This document shows positions 58,013-64,000 of a DNA stretch of 64,000 nt, one piece after another. The first letter of the stretch is position 1, and every line of letters begins with the position of its first letter. The stretch is from the sequence record SRR31156797_635. The stretch is one strand, 5' to 3'. A program made the position numbers and the translations under genes. The notes below the pieces were generated by a model, which was given only the letters and a program-made list of their open reading frames with translations, ran no database searches and was not told the origin of the DNA.

Positions 58013-59101
58013 ATGAATGCTGAAAATATCTTAATTATTGGTGCCGGACCTCAGGCTTTATTTTTGGTTCGCGAGCTATGTCGTCTAAATCATGATGTAA
58101 CTTTAATTGGTCGAAATAGTGAGATAGCTATGCATTCAAAGTATGCTAAAAAAGTTTTTGTTGAGACAGAAGAAAATTTAATATCAGAATTGAAACAATT
58201 GGCATCCGAAATGCCAAAACAGAAATGCTTTGTTGCTAGTGGTTTTTATCTAGCATTTCTGATGAATCATTTCCCTGCTTTTACGAAATTGTTCAATGTT
58301 TTCCCAAGAGATGTTCAATCGGTTCGTAAGCTGATGATCAAAACAGAAACCTATCAATTAGCTCATAGTGTTGATATTTTATATCCCAAATCAGTTTTAC
58401 TAAGCGATAAAAATATTCAATTCGAGGAATTAAACTATCCTCAAATTGTAAAATGGAACAGAGATATCTGTTTATTCGAAAAACCTCGATTTAAGACAAC
58501 TTGCGTACAGAATACGATGGAGTTGAGAGATTTAATTAACAAGTTATCCGAGAAGGAAAAAGAAGCATTAGTAAGCCAGGATTATTTAGGTTCAGATTTA
58601 CGGAATAACTTCTCTTACGGTGCTTATGTTTTCGATGGTGAAGTAAAAATGGATATCTGTGTAAATGAAGTTAGGCACTTTCGTTCTGGCGTTTCATCTG
58701 TGGTTGAAGAGTATACAGGTTCTTTTGCTACAGAGATAAGAAATGCAGCTTTTGCCTTAATTTATCAAACACAGTTTACCGGCTTTTTGGATGTTGAGTT
58801 TAAGATAAAGGGAGATAAGCTTTATTTGTTGGAGGTAAATCCTCGTCCTTTTGGTTTTATTAAAATCATGAAAAAGAAATACCCAGATTTGATACCGGTT
58901 GTTATGGGCGAAAAAGCCGAATCATTCAAGAATAAAAAACCAGTAAAATGGATCAATTTTTTACGAGATATGGTGTTGATCTTAAAAAATCCAGCTTCAG
59001 TTTTCCATATGCTACAATTAGTTTTCGATTTTGAAAATCGAACTTTCGATGTCTGGGATATCAACGACCCAGTCCCATTTTTTTATCAAATGAAGCGTTA
59101 A
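58013..59101 (+). CDS. ATP-grasp carboxylate-amine ligase-like protein
   Basis: SKY, K...Y..A, QDYL, F.GFLDVEFK, LLEVNPRP and W...DP.P. Confidence 0.72.
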   Translation: MNAENILIIGAGPQALFLVRELCRLNHDVTLIGRNSEIAMHSKYAKKVFVETEENLISELKQLASEMPKQKCFVASGFYLAFLMNHFPAFTKLFNVFPRDVQSVRKLMIKTETYQLAHSVDILYPKSVLLSDKNIQFEELNYPQIVKWNRDICLFEKPRFKTTCVQNTMELRDLINKLSEKEKEALVSQDYLGSDLRNNFSYGAYVFDGEVKMDICVNEVRHFRSGVSSVVEEYTGSFATEIRNAAFALIYQTQFTGFLDVEFKIKGDKLYLLEVNPRPFGFIKIMKKKYPDLIPVVMGEKAESFKNKKPVKWINFLRDMVLILKNPASVFHMLQLVFDFENRTFDVWDINDPVPFFYQMKR

Positions 59102-59128
59102 TCCGGAAATCAGAAGCTTAGGAACTGT

Positions 59129-59253
59129 AAGGAATATTCAGGCAATTTAAGGAGCGTTCAAGTAATCCGAAGGAGAACTCAAGCAACTTAAAGGAGAGCT
59201 TAAGTAAGCTAAAGGGATGTTCAGGCAATTCAAAGGGGAGCTCAAGTAACCTA
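59129..59253. repeat. Degenerate tandem repeat, six units of 20-21 bp
   Basis: AAGGAATATTCAGGCAATTT, AAGGAGCGTTCAAGTAATCCG, AAGGAGAACTCAAGCAACTTA, AAGGAGAGCTTAAGTAAGCTA, AAGGGATGTTCAGGCAATTCA, AAGGGGAGCTCAAGTAACCTA. Confidence 0.8.
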
Positions 59254-59281
59254 TAGAATATCTAAATCAATCGGAAAAACA

Positions 59282-60358
59282 ATGACCAATCTTTGTCTCA
59301 CACTCGATTACGAACTATTTGGTTCAGGAAAAGGTAATGTGTTTCAGCACATTATTGAACCAACCTATCGATTGTTGAATATTTGTGCTGAGCATGATAT
59401 TAAACTCACCATTTTTTTTGAGGTTGTTGAGTATTGGAAAATCAAAGAGAATTACGATAAAGGAGAGCATATGGGCTATAAAAGCAATCCAGCTTTAGCC
59501 ATGGCGGAACAAATCAGGAAGGCACACGAATATGGACACGATATTCAATTGCATGTTCATCCTCAATGGATAGATGCCAAATATGAAAACGAAGAATGGG
59601 TTCTAAACATGAAGTATTGGCGGTTGCCCGAAGTACCGGATCGGGTTGATGAGACAATTAGCATGGGATTGGGTGACCTGATTCGAAAGGGGAGAGAGGA
59701 GATAGAATCCATTCTTCATCCGGTAAATCCGGATTATAGATGTAATATATTACGAGCAGGAGGTTACAATATCGATCCATCTGAAAGATTGTTAAAGGTA
59801 CTTAAGGAGAATGATTTTATTGCCGACAGCTCGGTTTATTATGGTGGAGTAGCTAATGGTGCACTTTCACGTTACAACTATTCATCTGTTAAGGATAGCT
59901 TGCCTTATTGGTACGCAAACGGTTCGCTTCTTTCTGTTAATGCCAGCAAGAGTGATTTTTTAGAAGTACCTGTATTTGCTCAAAAAATAAGAAGATTTAA
60001 AAAATACGATTTGGTAAGAGTGAAATCTGCCTTGCATAACAAAGTCCACTCCATCGAGAAATTTAAAAATAATAGTGTGCGAAAATCCAAGTTTGAAACT
60101 TTAAAACAGATTTTTGAAAAAGAGGCTGTAACCTGGGATTTTTGCTTGTTTTCGAAATCTAAAATGAAGAACTTTTTAAAGAAAGCACGACAGGTTCAAG
60201 CCAAATCGGATTATAAATTTCATCCATTTGTTTTGGTTGGGCATCCAAAGGATTTTTACTATTCCGATGCCATTGATTATTTGATTCAGCAATCGAAGAA
60301 AAAGAAAATTGATTTTCTGACCATGAGCGAAATGGTGAATCGCATCCATCAACTTTAG
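59282..60358 (+). CDS. Polysaccharide deacetylase-like (CE4/NodB fold) protein
   Basis: TLDYEL.G.G.G, GHDIQLHVHP, RAGG, DSS and GHPK. Confidence 0.78.
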   Translation: MTNLCLTLDYELFGSGKGNVFQHIIEPTYRLLNICAEHDIKLTIFFEVVEYWKIKENYDKGEHMGYKSNPALAMAEQIRKAHEYGHDIQLHVHPQWIDAKYENEEWVLNMKYWRLPEVPDRVDETISMGLGDLIRKGREEIESILHPVNPDYRCNILRAGGYNIDPSERLLKVLKENDFIADSSVYYGGVANGALSRYNYSSVKDSLPYWYANGSLLSVNASKSDFLEVPVFAQKIRRFKKYDLVRVKSALHNKVHSIEKFKNNSVRKSKFETLKQIFEKEAVTWDFCLFSKSKMKNFLKKARQVQAKSDYKFHPFVLVGHPKDFYYSDAIDYLIQQSKKKKIDFLTMSEMVNRIHQL

Positions 60359-60368
60359 TTCAATTTAC

Positions 60369-61571
60369 ATGATAAACGAAAGTCTCGAAAAACTACGAGC
60401 ATATATAGAAGACCAGGAATATAAAGGTTGGGATCCATACGATGGATTAAATTCTAAACTCTTTCAGGCTGTCCCTTTTTTAAGAAATAGCAGACTAATG
60501 AGGTTGGTATGGATACAAACTTTTAAAAGAAATCCAATTAATTTCCGGGATCTTGCGGGGATTAAAAAAGCTTATAACCCAAAAGGTCTTGGTTTATTTC
60601 TTAGCGGTTATTGTAAGCTTTATCAATTTGATCGCACACAGGAGGTAAGATCCCGGATACTTTTTCTTAGTAAAAAGCTGTTAGAGTTAAAATCCCCAGG
60701 TTGGTCGGGTGCTTGTTGGGGATACAATTTCGATTGGCAGGCACGAGCATTTTTTCAACCTAAAGGCACTCCTTCGGTTGTAGTTACTTCCTATGTGGCA
60801 AATGCATTGCTAGATGCCTACGAAATTTTAGGAGATAAAATCTTACTTGAAACAGCAATTAGTACAAAGGATTTTGTGTTAAATGATTTACATCGATCCT
60901 ACGATGGGAATGGAGATTTTTGTTTTTCCTATTCACCTCTCGATGAAACAAAGGTGTTTAATGCATCCTTGCTTGGAAGCAAATTGTTAGCCCGAATATA
61001 TCATTATACAAAAGAGGAAGAGCTTGCAGTTGCGGCAAAACAATCGGTGCAGTTTTGCATTAATTATCAGAATTCAGATGGATCTTGGGCATATGGAACT
61101 TTACCTTATCATGCCTGGATAGATAATTTTCATACTGGTTTTAATTTAGAAGCCCTTTCCGATTATAGAAAATATACAGAAGACTATGAATTTGATTCAC
61201 AAATATCATTGGGTTTGGAATATTACCTGAATAATTTTTTTACGAACAAAGGAGTACCTAAATATTATAATAATTCTGTTTACCCTATTGACATTCACTG
61301 TCCGGCGCAATTGCCAATTACCTTAAGTAAGTTGGATAAATTTAAGAACAATTATGAGTTGGTAAATAAAGTAATGAATTGGACAATTCAAGAGCTGCAA
61401 AGTAATCAAGGCTACTTCTTTTTTAGAGCTGGGAAACGATTCAAAACAAAAATTCCATACATCCGTTGGGCTCAAGCCTGGATGTTTTTGGCTCTAACAA
61501 TCTACAAAAGTGAAACTTTAAAAACACCGGAATATGAGAAAGAGAATTACGATAATGAACTCGCCGGTTGA
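60369..61571 (+). CDS. (alpha/alpha)-barrel protein typical of polysaccharide loci, function unknown
   Basis: G.DPYDGL, WGYNFDWQ, Q..DGSW.Y, WIDNFHTGF, YP.DIH and YIRW.QAWM. Confidence 0.7.
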   Translation: MINESLEKLRAYIEDQEYKGWDPYDGLNSKLFQAVPFLRNSRLMRLVWIQTFKRNPINFRDLAGIKKAYNPKGLGLFLSGYCKLYQFDRTQEVRSRILFLSKKLLELKSPGWSGACWGYNFDWQARAFFQPKGTPSVVVTSYVANALLDAYEILGDKILLETAISTKDFVLNDLHRSYDGNGDFCFSYSPLDETKVFNASLLGSKLLARIYHYTKEEELAVAAKQSVQFCINYQNSDGSWAYGTLPYHAWIDNFHTGFNLEALSDYRKYTEDYEFDSQISLGLEYYLNNFFTNKGVPKYYNNSVYPIDIHCPAQLPITLSKLDKFKNNYELVNKVMNWTIQELQSNQGYFFFRAGKRFKTKIPYIRWAQAWMFLALTIYKSETLKTPEYEKENYDNELAG

Positions 61572-62277
61572 TGTTTTAACCATGCGCGAAACCATCAATT
61601 TAATTGATGATTCCATACATCAGAAAAAATCTATTCAGCATATTGTTGTAAATGCAGCCAAACTGGTTCACATGCAGGATGATGAAGAATTGTATCAGTC
61701 GGTTATTAGTAGTGATATAATAAACGCTGATGGAATGGCTGTTGTATGGGCAGCAGAAATTCTTGGGAAACCACTTCCGGAAAGAGTTGCAGGAGTTGAT
61801 TTGATGCAGGAACTAGTGATTTTAGCTTCCGAAAAAAAGTATAAGATATTTTTCTTTGGAGGTAAGGAGGATGTAGTTAGTGAAGTGGTTCGAAAGTACA
61901 AATCTGTATTTGGAGAAGAGATTATTGCCGGATATAGAAATGGATATTTTAAGAAACAGGAAGAAGCTAATATTGCCGAACAAATTGCAGAATCTGATGC
62001 CGATATCTTGTTTGTTGCCATTAGTTCTCCTACTAAGGAAATTTTTCTGAACACCTATAAAGAGCAATTGAAAGTTCCTTTTATAATGGGAGTGGGAGGT
62101 TCTTTTGATGTGGTAGCGGGAAAGGTAAAACGGGCGCCAAAATGGATGCAGAAATCTGGATTGGAATGGTTCTATCGATTCATGCAGGAACCCGGACGAA
62201 TGTGGAAACGATATTTAATAACCAACTCTAAATTCATCTATTATATACTAAGAGAAAAACTAAAAAACATATTCTAA
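61534..62277 (+). CDS. WecG/TagA/CpsF (GT26) glycosyltransferase
   Basis: NAAK, ADG, ERVAG.DL, GYF, P.KE, GVGGSFD, RAP.WMQ..GLEW.YR..QEP.R..KRY. Confidence 0.93.
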   Translation: MRKRITIMNSPVDVLTMRETINLIDDSIHQKKSIQHIVVNAAKLVHMQDDEELYQSVISSDIINADGMAVVWAAEILGKPLPERVAGVDLMQELVILASEKKYKIFFFGGKEDVVSEVVRKYKSVFGEEIIAGYRNGYFKKQEEANIAEQIAESDADILFVAISSPTKEIFLNTYKEQLKVPFIMGVGGSFDVVAGKVKRAPKWMQKSGLEWFYRFMQEPGRMWKRYLITNSKFIYYILREKLKNIF

Positions 62278-62329
62278 CCAAGTATGTGATTATTATAATA
62301 CAATACTTTAAAACCTTAATAAACCAACC

Positions 62330-63733
62330 ATGATTAAAGGACGAGAAAAAACGCTAGCTAGGATAAGTACGCTTTCGCAAGTGGCATTATCCGTGAGCTG
62401 TTATTGGTTCGTTGCCTGGGCGGTAACAACTTATTTACGACCTGTTCAAATTGCAACTCATGATAGCAATACTATTTATTTGCTGATCATTGCCATTTGG
62501 TATACTCTGATTAAAGAATTCAATCTTGGGAAAATACTAAGGGTTAAAACTTACTCAGAATTGTTTGCTGAATATTTTGCCATGGTTTTTATCAGTTCGG
62601 GATTACTCTATTTAGGTAGTTTATTCCTTACCGATACAGTTCATGTTTTGATATTGGGTCTGTTTGCCTGCTTAAATATGTTGGTGCTTTTCGGATTTAG
62701 GATGCTGAGTTACACCATCTTTAAAAAGATTAGAGGAAAAGGATACAACACAAGAAATGTATTGATTATTGCCGATGACGAATCTTATCTTCATTTTATT
62801 GATAGAATGCTTTTTATTCGCGATTGGGGATACAATGTATGGGCAATAATGTCCGATGGAAAACACATAAAAGACAAGTACGAATCGAATGTGAGAGTCA
62901 TACATGAACATTTTCAACTCACCGAAATTATTGATGCCAATGTTGTTGATGAAGTGATTTATTGCAAAGGTAATTTTGATAATGATGAGGTGAGAGCTCT
63001 GATATATGCTTGTTCTGAAGTTGGAGTTACTTTTCGTGTGTACTCCGAATTGTTAAGTGTAGTTAGTATGCGATCGCATCTTACCTATTTTAAGGAATTA
63101 CCATTTCTCACTTTCGCAAATACCACTAAAAACTACTTTGCATTGAAAGTTAAGGAAATACTTGACTTTGTATTTTCCTTTTTCATTGTACTACTAATAT
63201 CACCTGTGATGTTAGCCATTGCCGTTGCTATTAAAATAGAGGATGGAGGTTCAATTTTCTTTAGACAAAAAAGAGTTGGTCTTAACGGACGATTGTTTTC
63301 ATGTTTAAAATTCAGGACAATGGTTGAAAATGCAGAAGCATTGCGTGTTCGTCTCGAGAATCAGAATGAGCAGGAAGGACCTGTTTTTAAAATTAAGAAC
63401 GATCCAAGAGTAACAAGAGTTGGTCGATTTCTTAGAAAGACATCTTTAGATGAATTGCCACAATTTTTCAATGTTTTAAGAGGTGAGATGTCAATTGTAG
63501 GACCTCGTCCACCAATTCCTTCTGAAGTACAACAATATCAACGTTGGCAACGCCGACGATTGAGCATGAAGCCAGGAATAACTTGCATTTGGCAAGTATC
63601 AGGTCGTAACAACATTCCTTTCGAGGAGTGGATGAAGTTAGACATGATGTACATTGATACCTGGTCGCTAAAGCTTGATTTAATGCTTTTTTTAAGCACT
63701 ATAAAGGTTGTGTTAACCGGTGATGGACAATAA
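62330..63733 (+). CDS. Polyprenyl glycosylphosphotransferase (WcaJ/CpsE-like initiating sugar transferase)
   Basis: N-terminal TMs, KFRTM, DPRVT..G.FLRK.SLDELPQ, GPRP and KPGIT..WQ.SGR. Confidence 0.93.
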   Translation: MIKGREKTLARISTLSQVALSVSCYWFVAWAVTTYLRPVQIATHDSNTIYLLIIAIWYTLIKEFNLGKILRVKTYSELFAEYFAMVFISSGLLYLGSLFLTDTVHVLILGLFACLNMLVLFGFRMLSYTIFKKIRGKGYNTRNVLIIADDESYLHFIDRMLFIRDWGYNVWAIMSDGKHIKDKYESNVRVIHEHFQLTEIIDANVVDEVIYCKGNFDNDEVRALIYACSEVGVTFRVYSELLSVVSMRSHLTYFKELPFLTFANTTKNYFALKVKEILDFVFSFFIVLLISPVMLAIAVAIKIEDGGSIFFRQKRVGLNGRLFSCLKFRTMVENAEALRVRLENQNEQEGPVFKIKNDPRVTRVGRFLRKTSLDELPQFFNVLRGEMSIVGPRPPIPSEVQQYQRWQRRRLSMKPGITCIWQVSGRNNIPFEEWMKLDMMYIDTWSLKLDLMLFLSTIKVVLTGDGQ

Positions 63734-63892
63734 TTTAAATCCAAAAGAGAGAGTTGATAGTGAATAAGAACTCCTGTTTGTTTATTCATTAATTCTCTCC
63801 AAACCTGATTGTAAATTGTTATAATTTACAAGTATGAGTAGGTATTTCCTATCTCGTAATTTTAATTCGTAATTCATAAAAAAACCAAGACC

Positions 63893-64000
63893 ATGAATAA
63901 AAAGTATTTACTTCTAATGAGCCTTCTTATAGTAATGAGTCTCATTTCCTGTCGTTCGAATAAAGATTTAGTTTACTTGCAAGATGCAGAAGCTGAAGTC
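63893..64000 (+). CDS. 5'-partial lipoprotein, probably Wza-like polysaccharide export protein
   Basis: MNKKYLLLMSLLIVMSLISCRSNKDLVYLQD: lipobox plus K...YLQD; follows the initiating transferase. Confidence 0.65.
   Translation, partial: MNKKYLLLMSLLIVMSLISCRSNKDLVYLQDAEAEV

Noticed and set aside
59129-59253. CRISPR array (also considered for 14968-15135)
   Set aside because: Units are contiguous and degenerate, with no unique spacers and no cas genes
60369-61571. Delta-aminolevulinic acid dehydratase (a label I recall being applied to this family)
   Set aside because: No HemB motifs; sequence and context fit an alpha-barrel polysaccharide-locus protein

Overview
AT-rich Bacteroidota chromosome window, probably Marinifilaceae (Marinifilum/Labilibaculum-like). 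That assignment is inferred from gene content, pyrG-yidC synteny, TAnnTTTG promoters and Shine-Dalgarno-free A/C-rich starts. 1-32 kb is mostly housekeeping and metabolic genes: a partial S8 protease with FN3 repeats, an AddA-like helicase-nuclease, an IDH/IPMDH-family enzyme with an HD-like partner, SLC13-cysQ, an S9 peptidase, Lrp/AsnC, a PAS hybrid kinase, 5'-nucleotidase, queE, a porin, rubrerythrin, trmD, Hsp20, DUF349, pyrG and yidC. 32.0-36.9 kb is an accessory block between yidC and maeB. It holds a DUF559 endonuclease gene bracketed by a GC-rich double-hairpin (REP-like) repeat, with a third copy closing the block, plus three peptidase/hydrolase genes. 40-64 kb is a UpxY-headed Wzx/Wzy polysaccharide locus with a frameshifted wecC and many acyl/amino-acid tailoring enzymes, two of them tandemly duplicated. 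The best candidates for undescribed biology are: (1) the DUF559 nuclease with its CCCCTTCTCC/GGAGAAGG repeat family; (2) an apparent CA-rich small RNA transcribed divergently from Lrp/AsnC behind three FFRP-type palindromes; (3) a CCCCTA-motif leader with a terminator and a G9 tract upstream of the porin; and (4) two degenerate 21-bp-period intergenic arrays. No rRNA, tRNA, CRISPR array or transposase was seen.
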